Of a stretch of DNA of 64,000 nt, positions 1 through 12,727 are shown piece after piece. Below the pieces are notes generated by a model, which had not been told where the DNA came from, made no database searches, and saw only the letters and a program-made list of their open reading frames with translations. The position numbers and the translations under genes were made by a program. Positions within the stretch are counted from its first letter, which is position 1, and each line of letters starts with the position of its first letter. The DNA comes from Adineta vaga (lineage: Eukaryota; Animalia; Rotifera): the NCBI GenBank assembly GCA_021613535.1, contig CP075492.1:4712001-4776000 (forward strand), written 5' to 3'.

Positions 1-84
1 GATGAACTATACGTAAAATGGGTCAATACGGACTATATATATAACTATTTTTTTTATATATTTCACTCTTTTCATCCGATAGAC

Positions 85-824
85 ATGTCTACAAACGATA
101 TTCTTCTAGCAGCTTTGTTAGATGAAACTGAATTCTCATCTTCAGAATCATTTATTGATAAATGCTGTGAACGTAATAATAATTATGCTCAAACCTATGA
201 TAAAAACATTTACGGAAATCGAGTAATACCTTCGAAACATTTAGCTGTGATAGTATGTATGGATGCACGTTTAGATCTCTATCAGATCTTAGGATTACAA
301 CCGGGTGATGCACATATTATTCGAAATGGTAAAGAAAACGAATTCATTGTCATTATGTTTTGATTCTTGTTATTTATAGGTGGTGGTCGTCTTCGAGATG
401 CTGTTCGTTCATTAGTTTGCAGTCAAACATTATTTCGAACTAGAGAAGTGATGATTATTCATCATACTGATTGTGGTTTTACTTATTTTGGAAACAATAA
501 TCAAATTTTAGCATCAGCTACAGTTAGATTATATACTTTCTTATTAAACATCGATTCATTCTTTGTTTGTAGAATACTTCTATAGATCAACATATTGAAC
601 TTTTTTTATTTTAGGTAAAGAAAGGATCAAAAGCAAGTACAGTGCCTGATTGTCGTCCATTTTATGTTGGTGATATACCTGATTTTATGCCAATCATTGA
701 TTTAGAACAATCGATTCGAGATGATCTCAATGAATATAAACAATATTCAATATTAAATCAAAATATTCTCGTTCGAGGATTTCTCTATGATACAAAAACT
801 GGCTTACTCAAAGAAATTAAATGA
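85..824 (+). CDS. Beta-class carbonic anhydrase (clade D / cab-like), 3 exons
   Basis: Zinc motifs CMDAR, IIRNGGGR and HHTDCG, plus C-terminal [17 protein letters not shown] introns 329-379 and 523-614 join the three ORFs in frame. Confidence 0.9.
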
Positions 825-1294
825 TTTATATTAATAAAATTGTTTTACACTTTATCTGACCGGTTTCTTTCTTCGTGTAAATAAATGGTTTTTTTTTACC
901 TTCTCTTGTTCTTTATTATGCACTGCGACTAAGAGGACATGTTGTTTGTGCATGAATATTGTAAAATTAAAGATATTTCATTGACTCTCATTTCAATATC
1001 ATTGTGTTCTTTTTCGTAGATACTTCCTTTCATTAATAGTCTTTTAAAACGAAAGAAAAATAAAAATCTATTGAAGTATATCACACAAAAATATCAAACA
1101 TATGCGATTTGTTTTATTCACTATAAATTATGCGAACGACTGTTCAATCATGAAAGACATAAATCTTTGAATGAATTAAATACACACACATAGTTAGAGA
1201 TCGTTAGTTATGGAATAGTAAGTCATTTTATTCACAGACAACATACCCGACATCACGAAAATAAAAAAATGTCTAAATTGTCCGTTCAATATTG

Positions 1295-1597
1295 TTAGCC
1301 CACTACCTTTTTCACACCCAGCATATTACCACAATTAGGACATCGATGTTCTTTATCCTTGCAAGCTCTGATGAAAAATGGAAGAAAGCAAAGTGGTGGT
1401 AGAAGAAGCAATACTAATGCCAATAGCCAAGTACCTAAACCAATTTTTTCTGTGACTTGCGACATAATTGTCTTTCGACATTGAGGACACGTGGTACGGA
1501 CAGGAAAATCATCAAAATTTGGTGCTGCCATAACAGCGCGATCGGGAGTTGGTGCAACAACATTACTGCCTAGATTCAATACTGTAGCCATAGCCAT
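1295..1597 (-). CDS. LITAF-domain protein
   Basis: PVRTTCPQC, then a hydrophobic stretch, then CFLPF...CKDKEHRCPNC: the LITAF zinc/membrane module. Confidence 0.92.
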   Translation of the reverse strand: MAMATVLNLGSNVVAPTPDRAVMAAPNFDDFPVRTTCPQCRKTIMSQVTEKIGLGTWLLALVLLLLPPLCFLPFFIRACKDKEHRCPNCGNMLGVKKVVG

Positions 1598-3284
1598 CGA
1601 CGATAATAGTTAATAGTATGATACGTAAATGTATAAAACACACCGTAATTATATAGTAGAAAAAAATTAACTATTTCGCCCCTTAGTTTTGATAATAATC
1701 AAGAAAAAAAAGGAAGTGATGTTTTGTGCTTCGTCAAAAATTTAATAAATATGTTAGTTGACATCGAATATTTTCAGAAAAAAAGATTGACTTTTTTACT
1801 TTCTTACTCGGAAATCAAATACTGATAGCCGTAACAAGGATTTTACCTTTTTGTTATTTTTCTATTCTATACAGTAAATCATGAAAAATTGGTTTCGAAA
1901 TTAATGGTAAAAACCCCAGTTATATTGACATACAAATGACAATTTATATTTCACGGTGATTGTGCAGTTATTTAATTAGATGTGAATATTCGATTTCTTT
2001 TTTTGATTATACAAAATCATCAAGATTAGGTTCGATATATAAGAGAAATAATTTGACGTGCGGTAAACACCTTACATTAGTATATTTCGATTTCACCTGT
2101 GGATAGACATATATTAATAAAAACATGTTTTTTATTCCGTTGCTTTCAAGATATCGATCATGTCTGTATCAACCTTGGATTAGAAAGAAAAATAGTTCAT
2201 CTGTAACTACTGTGTACACCGTATGTTATGTGCCTAATCAATTATCAAGAAAATGTGATTTTTCTTCAATAAGTGTAGTAAAGGTGTCTGAGTACCATCA
2301 GTAAGAGAGTATACATGATATTATAGTTCTAAGAAAATTGAAATGGTTAAAATGAACAGAAGAATATGATCAAGTGATTGCCGATGAACGACATATTGGT
2401 AAAGAATATATATGCAATCTTAGATTGAACATGAATTTTTAATAACTGAAAACAAAATTTTCGATGGTAACTTCAATAATACAAGAAAAGTTATCGAATC
2501 GATCAATCAGAAGTAAATCATCTCTATTTGTTTGATTTAAAATTTCATCTTATTACTGCTGATACAACATCAATTATAAAATATTTAATTCTGCTGCATA
2601 TTGTGAACAACACAACGTGCTTTCTTTTTTTTTCTTAGGGTGTGGTGAAACCTTATTTCGTGCTCACATCAACATTATTCTATTTAAAAATCATTTAAAA
2701 AAATACAACATTCCATCAACTTTGCCAGAACAGTAATGAACATTTGTGACAGTCCATATGCTATCAGTTTCAAGATGAGAAAATGTGATAGTCCGATAGT
2801 TGAAGAAGTATGTTACTATTCACATCACTTTTATGCATTATAAATTGTAATATTGTGTCTGAAATCTCTAGTTGAATATTGTGATTTCTAAAATTCACAT
2901 ATTTGAGAATGGAATGTGACGGTTTTTGATCATATGACAAACATTGTTATGCCATGGAGAAGACATAAAACAGAACACTATAAAATTACTAAAGACTTCT
3001 TCGAAATCTTGTCGACATCATAATGATTTAATGATAGAAGAAATCCTATAAGTAAATACGTGCGATTGTTCTCATGAATAGTCACCTGAAATAATCAATA
3101 GAAAAGCGACTCATCTTATTGAAATTTTCGATTTGTTCTTTAACTTAATGGATAAGTTTATTATCTTTATAACTGTAAGCAACGTGTACAGTAATAAAGA
3201 TAAAGATATTGTGTTGAAATAAAGTTTCGTATTTTCATTCTTATTCTCTCATTTTATTCAAGTGTATAGTCAGTTCATCTATAG

Positions 3285-4561
3285 ATGGGTAACAACGCAA
3301 CTACATCTAAAAGTGTGAAGACATCTTGTGCTTTTGTTTATGATGACTTAGTCTCTCAAGTAAAAATGATTCAACTTCAAATAAATGAAATCGAGCGTTT
3401 TCTCAATCACCGATGGAATAATGATAAAAAGGTACAAAATCAAGTGAAATCACGATCATTCACTATTATCGATTTTTATAACTATCCACACGTTCATAGA
3501 TGTATGGATCATGAAGTATTCAGTAAGGTCATGACAAATTTTATGAAAGAATATGTGCCTAAACATTTACAAGAATGGGTGGATATCGGAGAAATGAAGG
3601 CAAACAAAATTGTTCCATTGCCTGATTTACGACTAAAACAAAATCTACCTGTATCCAAATATTTAGATGGTTCTCAGTTTGTTATGTATTGTAAAATATT
3701 CGTATACATTAGTACTAATGATGAGATTTGGCAGCATCAAAATTGTCTTGTACTAAAAGTCGTACCTATCGATAATTTGGAAAAGATTAAATTGGAAATA
3801 AGCAAATATGTCCAATTTACTACTATCGAATTACGATTATGTTCAAGAGGTTCAAGTACGAAATTGAGTAAATTAGCCTGGGATGAAGGAACAATACTTC
3901 AGTCGGAAGATTCCTCACTGTCATGTCAATTGTATGATAAGCAACATTTCTTAATGGCAAAGATTGTTGAAGAGACGGTAATAGTGAAATTCTTTTATTC
4001 ATTCAATACTATTTATTTGTTTTGTTTGAAAAGACGGGTTCTATGGAGTTGAATATTCCCATGCAAATTATTGTGAAAGGTCTTCGTGGAAACTCTATCA
4101 CTTTAGAAGTGAGTCGTTCAATGAAGATAGACACGGTGATAGAGCTCATACAAGATCACGAAGGTATTCCTGCTGGTGAACAACGACTAATATTTGCTGG
4201 CATACAATTGGAATGCGGAAGAACAATCGAAGACTATAACATACAAGAATATTCTACGCTTCATGTAGCACTACGTTTACGAGGTGGAATGTATCATTGT
4301 ACAAGTGGTCGACAAGACTTTGATAAGATGTCATATGACGGAGAGGAAGCAGTTAAACGAGTGTTTGAATTGAAACTAAAAGATACAAAACATATTGATC
4401 AACTGTCATTAACAGAATTACAAGATTTTGTCTTAAAAAATCGATCTGTTCTTTCTAATTTATTCTATGAAATCGATAAACTGTCGAAATTTAATGATAT
4501 TTCAGAGTTAAAGACAACAATATCATCTACATTGGATGCTGATGATGATGATGATACGTAA
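3285..4561 (+). CDS. Ubiquitin-domain fusion protein (~406 aa): N-terminal extension + Ub domain + C-terminal tail
   Basis: Intron 3978-4033 (GT..AAG) joins the two ORFs in frame. A 76-aa Ub-like domain at 4061-4288 ends in LRLRGG. Confidence 0.85.
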
Positions 4562-4716
4562 ACGGGAATATGAATTGAATCGTTTTTTTCTATCGCGATT
4601 TTTTATAGCATTCATTCAACCTTTGTGCATGTATTTTTTTATTGCAAAATTATAATAAACAGGAATATTTCTTTTTAAAGATTCCCATCCTTATTTTATT
4701 TAGATGAATTATCATA

Positions 4717-5656
4717 TTAAGCACATCTGTGAATCGTAAAATTCGAAGCAGCATTTGCAATTATTTGAACATCTCTACATGCAAGTTCATAACAGCACGA
4801 AGCAGAAGGACCAAGTTGATCATCACCACATACTGCACCTCTGGAAAGACATGCTGGGTTATCTGAATCACCAGGATGATGCTATATGAAATAGATAGAA
4901 TTACTTTTCATCAAAAATTACAATTTAACATACTCCAAATTCATTCGTTTGTGTTGCTTCATCAAAAATCGACATATCTAAAGGCCATGGTTGACCGGCC
5001 CACATTGCCCATATACTATGATCTTCATATTCATATCCAGTATTAGGATGTAAAAGCATTGAAAGATTTCCTACATATATTCATTTGAATATGAAATATG
5101 TACGTCTCAAATTAAAGATGTATACCTCTGTTTTGTGTTAGCCAAGGAGTGATAAGTGAATAATAACCAAGTGGAACGAAAATTGACCATTCACCACTAA
5201 CAAATGGTCCACCAATCAATGTTGTATTTTCTTTGAAAGAAAGACATCATATGAGATAGTGTATGAAAAGAATTTTATCATACGAGCATCATGATCAGTA
5301 ATCATACACAAATATCCATAATCATATCTTCCTGTACAATCTGGACCAAGATAATTTTGAAATTGTGCACGTGTACGTTCACGAAGTGCCATTGCTTCTG
5401 CAATAATCTAAAATAATCACAGAAACAATACATAGATTTCAAAACTTCTTTTTCGTATACATACTGGTGCATGAAAAAGAGTATATGTAATATGTATATG
5501 ATAACTAATAATGCCAGGAGGAGGATTGGGTAAAGCACGTTCACCAATACCTTTTGCTCGTCTCATACGAATATGTGGGTAGAGCGTGGGATGAGCAATG
5601 AGACCATCCAATGCCAATAAGACGAATACTAGTAAAGTTTCAACCACGCCTTTCAT
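4717..5656 (-). CDS. Secreted DOPA 4,5-dioxygenase-family protein with C-terminal 6-Cys module, 5 exons
   Basis: Manual splicing gives a signal peptide, then SYHIHITY, GGPFVSGEW, WLTQNR.NLSMLLHPNTGYEYEDHSIWAMWAGQPWPLD (DOPA_dioxygen family pattern) and a Cys-rich tail ending ...HRCA*. Confidence 0.75.
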
Positions 5657-6304
5657 TCTATCAAGAAATAATATTTTAATCTAGAAAGTGAAAACAAATT
5701 CGGATCATATATATATATATAATGATGATGGCGTTTGTTTAGATGATAAGACACATTTTCAAAATACAAAAAAAACCTTTATCATTCTGATATATGCGTT
5801 GTTTTATTAAAACGTCATTTTTACTATTCTTCTGCAGATCTTTTGTAGATGTATTTCATCAATTTATGAGATCTGTTTCGCTTATATTTAAGGAACAAGA
5901 AATCAGAAATATAGATATTCGACAACTACATGTACATATAGTAATTGAATCTTATGAGGAAGTATTATACTCGATTGATAATCCTATAAGAAGATATCAG
6001 ACAGATTGTCTAGTGAGTACATTTATACCATTACAGATACTTATCTAAATTTCAATTATTCAATTTCGAACTCAATCGATTGAATTAACATTCTAACGAG
6101 CGGATACGAAATTTTCATATATAAATATGTGTGATAACAGTCTTATCATTTCTCATAACAGGTATTTTTCTTCTTCTTCTTCTTCTTTTTAATCTGAATA
6201 TATCGAAAGCAGGTGACATAAACATCGTTTGCATCTTTTTTTTATCGAACACATTCAATTACATATAAATTTTTCTATCGTCAAAATAAAATCTACTGAT
6301 AAAA

Positions 6305-7929
6305 ATGTCGTCAACTATTCAGCAAATTCGTCAGATTCGTGTGATTCCATACCTAAAGATAGTCTACTCGACAATAAATCGATGCCCGACACGTCGATTC
6401 TCGATGTCACTTACGTACCAGGTCAATGTGGTCTTTTATCAAACGAAGAACTTAATATCACTGAAAATTATACAGCAACACAACTCGTTACTTTAATAGC
6501 TCAACGTCAACTAACTGCTGAACAAGTTACTAGAGCTTATCTTAAACGTGCTGGTATTGCGCATCAATTAACAAATTGTGCAACGGAATTTCTTGGTAAC
6601 GAAGCAATTGATCGAGCTAAATATTTAGATGAAGAATTTCGACGATGTGGACAAGTTGTTGGACCACTTCATGGTTTACCTATTTCTGTAAAAGATTTAA
6701 TCGCTATGAAAGGACGACGAACAAGTGCAGGCTGGATGAAATGGCTCGATAGATTTGCCGAAGATGATGCTTTTATTTTAAAAATTCTTTACAATGCAGG
6801 TGCTATTTTTTATGTTCGTACTACTCAACCACAAAGTTTGATGCATGTAGAATGTAGTAGTCCTATTTATGGTACAACTGTTAATCCATTTAATCGAAAT
6901 TTATCGAGTGGAGGAAGCTCGGGTGGTGAAGGTGCAAATTTAGCTATGAAAGGTGCATGTTTAGGTATAGGAACTGACATTGGTGGAAGTATTCGATCAC
7001 CAGCAAATAGTAATGGAGTTTATGGTTTCAAACCAACGGCCTTTCGATTGCCCTTGCAAGGCATCATAGCAGAACAAGCAGGAAGAGAAAGTATTATTCC
7101 TGTCATAGGTCCACTTGCTCGAGCACGAGAGGACATTATTTTATTCGTCAAAACTATACTCGATACTGAACCATGGTTAAAAGATCCATCTCTAATTCCT
7201 ATCCCTTGGCAATCAATTACATTGAATTCAACAAATCTAACTGTAGCTGTAATGTGGGATGATAATGTTATACATCCTCATCCACCTGTAACACGAGCTC
7301 TACATGAAACAGTAGAACATTTGAAAAAAGCTGGAATACGAATAATTAATTGGGAACCAATTGATCATCAAAAAAGTTGGGATATAATCAGTGCCTTATA
7401 CTATTGCAATGGTGCCGAAGAAGAATTAAATGTCATGAAGGATGGAAATGAAACACCATTACCATTGACTGAATGGATTTTAAATCAACCACAAGTAAAA
7501 AAACGAGATTGGATTGAAATGAATCAATTAATATCCGAGAGAGAAGGTTATCGTACACGTTATGCACAAGTATGGAACGAACGAGAAGCATACTGTCAAT
7601 GTATGATCGATTGTCTGCTAACACCAGCTGCTCCATCAGTTGCTGCTCTACATGGCACATCAAAATGGTGGGGTTATACTTCAGTCTGGAATCTTTTGGA
7701 TTATCCAGCTGTTATTTTTCCAGTTACAACAGTTGATCTCGTGAAAGATCAAGTAGAAGTCGATTATAAACCTCGAAATGCACTTGATGAAGAAAATTAT
7801 CGATTGTATTCATCTCCAGCAACATATATTAATTCTCCTGTTGGTTTACAATTAGTTAGTCGACGTTATAATGATGAAAAATTAATGAAATGTCTTGAAA
7901 TAATCGAACAAGCTATGAATAGAAATTAG
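6305..7929 (+). CDS. Amidase-signature enzyme, fungal acetamidase/general amidase-like
   Basis: GPLHGLPISVKD, GGSSGGEG and GTDIGGSIRSPA (Lys-Ser-Ser triad), plus YTSVWNLLDYP and PVGLQLV. Intronless. The start is either ATG 6305 (requires a 2-nt frameshift) or ATG 6382. Confidence 0.93.
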
Positions 7930-8315
7930 ATAGAAAAATAATTTACAATACTTTAATTTCAATAGAATAAAATAGAATTGTCTAATTACTAAGAATATCT
8001 CATTTTGTTAATAAAACTTAATATAACATCCTAATTCATCGATTAGTTTCTTCCACTCTATAATTATAATTATGTTCTTACGAACACAAATATATGACGC
8101 ATACTTGAGAAAAAACCCAGTGTATATATAATTGAGGGTGTGTTTGGCTTTTTCCTTTCTTTTCTACCAAAACAAACCGCTCGCACAAAGAATAGTCAGT
8201 CATCATTTTCTTTTTCTTCCCAAACTGTTTCGCAACGTGGTCGGATACGAGCGTGTAGTATTTACTTTGTGCAGAACTCGTTTTTTTTCCAACAACGACA
8301 TCGTATTCTAAAACA

Positions 8316-11133
8316 ATGGCGACAGGATCTTCATAGTAAATTCAATTTTCTTAGGAAATAACTATTTCATTTGTTTCTTTTTAAGTAATGAAAAATTATC
8401 TTGCGGTTTATGTAAAACATCTATCAGCAAGGCTCTATATCGTGCTCATGTTGCTGAATGTGGAACGAAGAAAACATGCGCTTTATGCGGAAGAGAAGTA
8501 GACAGCTTGACTGAACATTATGAAAGATGTTCAGGGGGAAATAATTCCATCAATAGTATGTATCGTAGTCAACAAACATCTGCGGTTCCTCGGGTAAGAT
8601 CATATCGCAAAAAGTTTTAACCGTTTTCTAATGACGAAATAATAATTTGTTGGTTCTTAAGACTTCAATAAATCCAACAACTTATACTCCCAGACAACAA
8701 AATACAAAGGAATGCCCTTTTTGCTCAATGATGGTACAAGAAGATAATTACACTAATCATCTAGATTTGTGTAGTGCAGGCAGTTCAACAACCCCATCAA
8801 CAAAGAGAATGAGTACAAAGCATTGTGTTAATTGTGATAAAGACATTGACGAAACTATGTATCCTGACCATATAGAAAATTGTTTCAATCCAAATCCAAC
8901 AAGTCATACACCAAAACGTAAAATCACTAGAAAATGTACGATATGTTTTTCACTCGTGGAAGAAGATGATTATAATTCTCATTTGAATATATGTAACAAG
9001 AGGCAATCATCAGCAGCAGCATCAATACATCGAATGAATATGAAGATGTGTATTAACTGTTCAAGAGATTTCGATGAAATCGAATATATTAAACATATAG
9101 AAAATTGTTGTGAACCACTAACAAAAAAACGAAACAACACCAAAGATTGTATCATTTGTTCCAGACCAATTCCTGAATTGGAATTTGAAAAACATGTTCA
9201 TGAATGTCTGTCTAAATCTTCTTCTTCTTACGTAACTCAAAAACCAAAAATAACATACGCACAAAAGACCTGCTTTAAATGGTAGATATCTACTCTATTT
9301 GATATTCTTTTAAAATAATTATTCTTATAGTTCGAAACCTGTGAATTTGTCCAAAACTTCTAGTCATAATATGCCATGTCGATCACAACATATCTATTGT
9401 CTAAAATGTCTCCAAGAATCAATGAATGAACATATTCAATCAAAAACTGCTCCTGTTTGTCATACAAATGTCTGCGATTATGAACTTTCTCGACATGATG
9501 TATCTTGCTTACCACTTGATGAAAATATCATACAAGAGTTACTAGATTTTGTAAAGAATACGCAACGTCCTCAATGTCCTGTATGTCAGTTCTATGTCGA
9601 TTTTAAAACTATGGATGATCTTCAAAGACATGTGTTTTCATGTCCCTCGGAGAATATGATTCCTTGTGAATATTGTCATTGTTTATACAATATGGAACGC
9701 TTGGATGCTCATACACGTCAGTGTCGTAATCTTTCTCGAGCACAACAGCAGCAAGCATTAATAGATTTTCTCCTCCTTCGAACTAAATATCCGATAACAG
9801 AACCACAAATGCGAATGTTTATAGAATATCGAAAGAAGAATCGTCTAGCATTTGATCCACATTCAATTGTTGATGCATTAGTTGAATTCGGTAAAATTTT
9901 CACGTTTTGTTTTTCTACATGCCATTCGTATGTATATATTTCTTTGTAGGTGCTGTTTTTCCATTAGAGGTTCCTACTCGAGATTGCGAAGTATGTTTGG
10001 AAGCAAAAGTATATGATGATGTATTCGTTTTTGGTTGTGATGAAAGTCACAAACTATGCTATGGATGTTTTGAAGATGCATGTGTAGCAAAGATGAACAG
10101 TAATGAAGTTTTAACATGTGGACTCTGTACTTATCAATTATTGGATGGAGAAATAAAACAATTGAGAGTATCAGACGATCGAAAACGAGAATTTTTAGAT
10201 TATCAAGCACAGAAAACATTCAGCATTTACAGGGATGGTACGCAAGGTGTGATAAAATGCCCAAATCAAAGATGCAAGTGGATAGCTGAAGCACGGAATC
10301 CAACTGACCGTTTCTCAGTTACCTGTAAAATATGTGACTTTCAATTTTGTTCCCTTTGTAGTCAACAGTATCACTATCGAACAACATGTCAACAACTTCG
10401 AGAAATTACTCAACGCTGGGTCATTTGGTGTAATACAGGTGAGATTTTTAGAATATTTTCATTGATTTTTCATTTCCTTTTCTACCTTTTTTTTTAAAAG
10501 AGCGTGGTACTTATTTGCAAGCTCGTGCACAACAAGATGCGAATTTTAGGGCTCAATTAGAAGATTACGAAAGACAAAGAGCGGCTAATGAACAACGAAA
10601 TGCTGAACTTCGTCAACGTTATGATGAACTGATAGCGGATGAAAATTATAAAGGTCAAAATTGTCGTCTATGTCCGAATTGTCAACGTGTAGTTCAACAT
10701 CTCGGAGGATGTGATTCAATGATATGTGGTCAAAATTATCATGGTGGTGATCAACAATCGGGCTGTGGTCGACGTTTTAATTGGTCGCAAGCGAGACCTT
10801 ACATGCCTATTGCTAATAATGGTGTACAACAAGTCAGAAATGATCTACCTCGTCCTGAAGAACAGCAAGCTATTGTGCATAAAGACATTCGGTATATACA
10901 GCATTTCAATATATCATTAATCAGATTTTGTAATTTTTGTATTTAGATGTGATTCTTGTCATCAAGAAGTTCAAGGTATTCGTTTTGATTGTTGTCATTG
11001 TGCATCATTAATATTCTGTGAAAAATGTGAACAACGTGCAACTCTGGAACATGCAAATCAAATACGTGATGAGCATAAACAACAACATGTGTTTCAAATC
11101 ATTCCAAGACCTTTGCATAGAAATACTGAATAA
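8316..11133 (+). CDS. RBR (RING-IBR-RING) E3 ubiquitin ligase with multiple N-terminal C2HC zinc fingers and C-terminal ZZ finger, 7 exons
   Basis: Repeated CxxC-x~11-H-x3-C fingers, an extra RING, RING1 (CEVC...CDESHKLCYGC), IBR (CPNQRC...CKIC..FCSLC...H), RING2 CPNC...GGCDSMIC with catalytic Cys, and ZZ (CDSC..IRFDCCHC..FCEKC) in the last exon 10947-11133. Confidence 0.88.
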
Positions 11134-11451
11134 TTACAGATTTTTCTATAAAATTCATACGTAAACAAGAAATAATGATATCTCAAATTCATTCATTTTC
11201 ATCTGAATTATTTGACGAGTAGCATAAATAATGTAAGACATTATCATACGGCATCTACATTAGGATATGGAAGAAAATTAGTAATTGAAAGAAGTGATGG
11301 TCGTGGCACTCTAGATAGTGCTCAGTTGTACCCCTGAATATTAGATTTATCAATATTTTTTTTCGATTATTTAAAAGAAACGTATAAGTCAATAAGTCGG
11401 TCATCATCAAATACAATTCAATATCTTCTTGTAAAATAATAGTTATTAATT

Positions 11452-12727
11452 TCATGAACTAGCGTCCGTTGTAGGTGCTAACAGTACTGGTAGTATTTCA
11501 CCTGCAGGACCTTCGAAATGAAAACTAAAAAAAGCATTTGAAAGATAAAAGAATTCAAAAACAACTCACGTCGCAGCAGAAGTTGAAGGAGTTGATTCAA
11601 TATTGACTTCAGCCACGGGAATGCCTTTCATTGACAACATAGAAGCGTAAAGTGCCGCCGGATACACAACAGCTGATGTTCCTACCTATGAATCAATCCT
11701 CTATAGATTATTTAAATGAAAAATAGAAAAGTAAACGTACAACTAAGAAGAGATCACATTGATCCATTTCTTCATTAATCTTTTTTAAAACATCAGGCCA
11801 AAGTACTTCATTAAACCAAACAACATGTGGACGAACAAGAGATTGACATTGTCGACAACAAGGAAGATCTTTCAATGGAATTTCACTACCATTCTCAACA
11901 TCCGGTAATCTTATAAATTTGATTAAAAAAAAACAATCAATTCCAATACTGATTATCAAAAGACAACAAATATATTTACCCTCGACCTCGTAAAGCTTCA
12001 CAAATCGGATTATCATTATTTTCTTCTACCAAACTACATGATGTACACCGAATTTTGAAAAGATTACCTAATATACAACAATAAATCCATCATTTCACAA
12101 ACATCTACTTACCATGCATTTCAATCAGATTAGAAGTACCTGCTCGTCGATGAAGTCCTATTTAGAAAACACAACACACGATATTTTTCTTACTATTCTT
12201 ATCGAATTAACTAACCATCAATATTTTGCGTTAAAACAACAAATCGTTTTCCCTCTTTTTCAAAGCGTTTTTCAGCTTCTACTAACGCGTAATGAGCCTA
12301 AAATGATACCAAAGAAATCTGTTTTATACATAAACAAATTTCGAAGTTACGAAAACCTTATTGGGTTCTTTAGTTTGAACAAGTTCTCGTCGATATTGAT
12401 AGAATTCCCAAATGAGCGATGGTGATTGAGCAAAAGCGGCTGGCGTTGCTAATTCCTAATAGAAAATAATGTTCAGTATAAAAACGGACAATTTTCTTTC
12501 TGAATCCAAAAAAGAAAACAAACCGTTGCTTTAAATTGTCGCCAGAGACCACCAGATCCTCGAAATGTTGGAACACCAGATTCAGCTGAAATACCTGCAC
12601 CTGTTAATACCAAGACTGAACGAGCTTTGGCAAATAATTCGCGGAATTTTTCGAATTTCGGATCGGTCTATGAAGAAAAGTTTTATAAATTAAAAACTAC
12701 AAGATTCTATACCGTAGAAAAAGCCAT
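11452..12727 (-). CDS. SIRT5: NAD-dependent protein deacylase, class III sirtuin (SIRT5/CobB-like), multi-exon
   Basis: [26 protein letters not shown] (Tyr/Arg desuccinylase pocket), [19 protein letters not shown] and [12 protein letters not shown], spread across short introns. Confidence 0.88.

Noticed and set aside
2100-3060. Coding-like fragments (DQVIADERHIG, GCGETLFRAH, WNVTVFDHMTNIVMPW)
   Set aside because: Riddled with stops and no recognisable family, so it cannot be supported beyond a possible relic.
5794-6048. 84-aa ORF upstream of the amidase
   Set aside because: No motif; lies in the divergent promoter region and is likely spurious.
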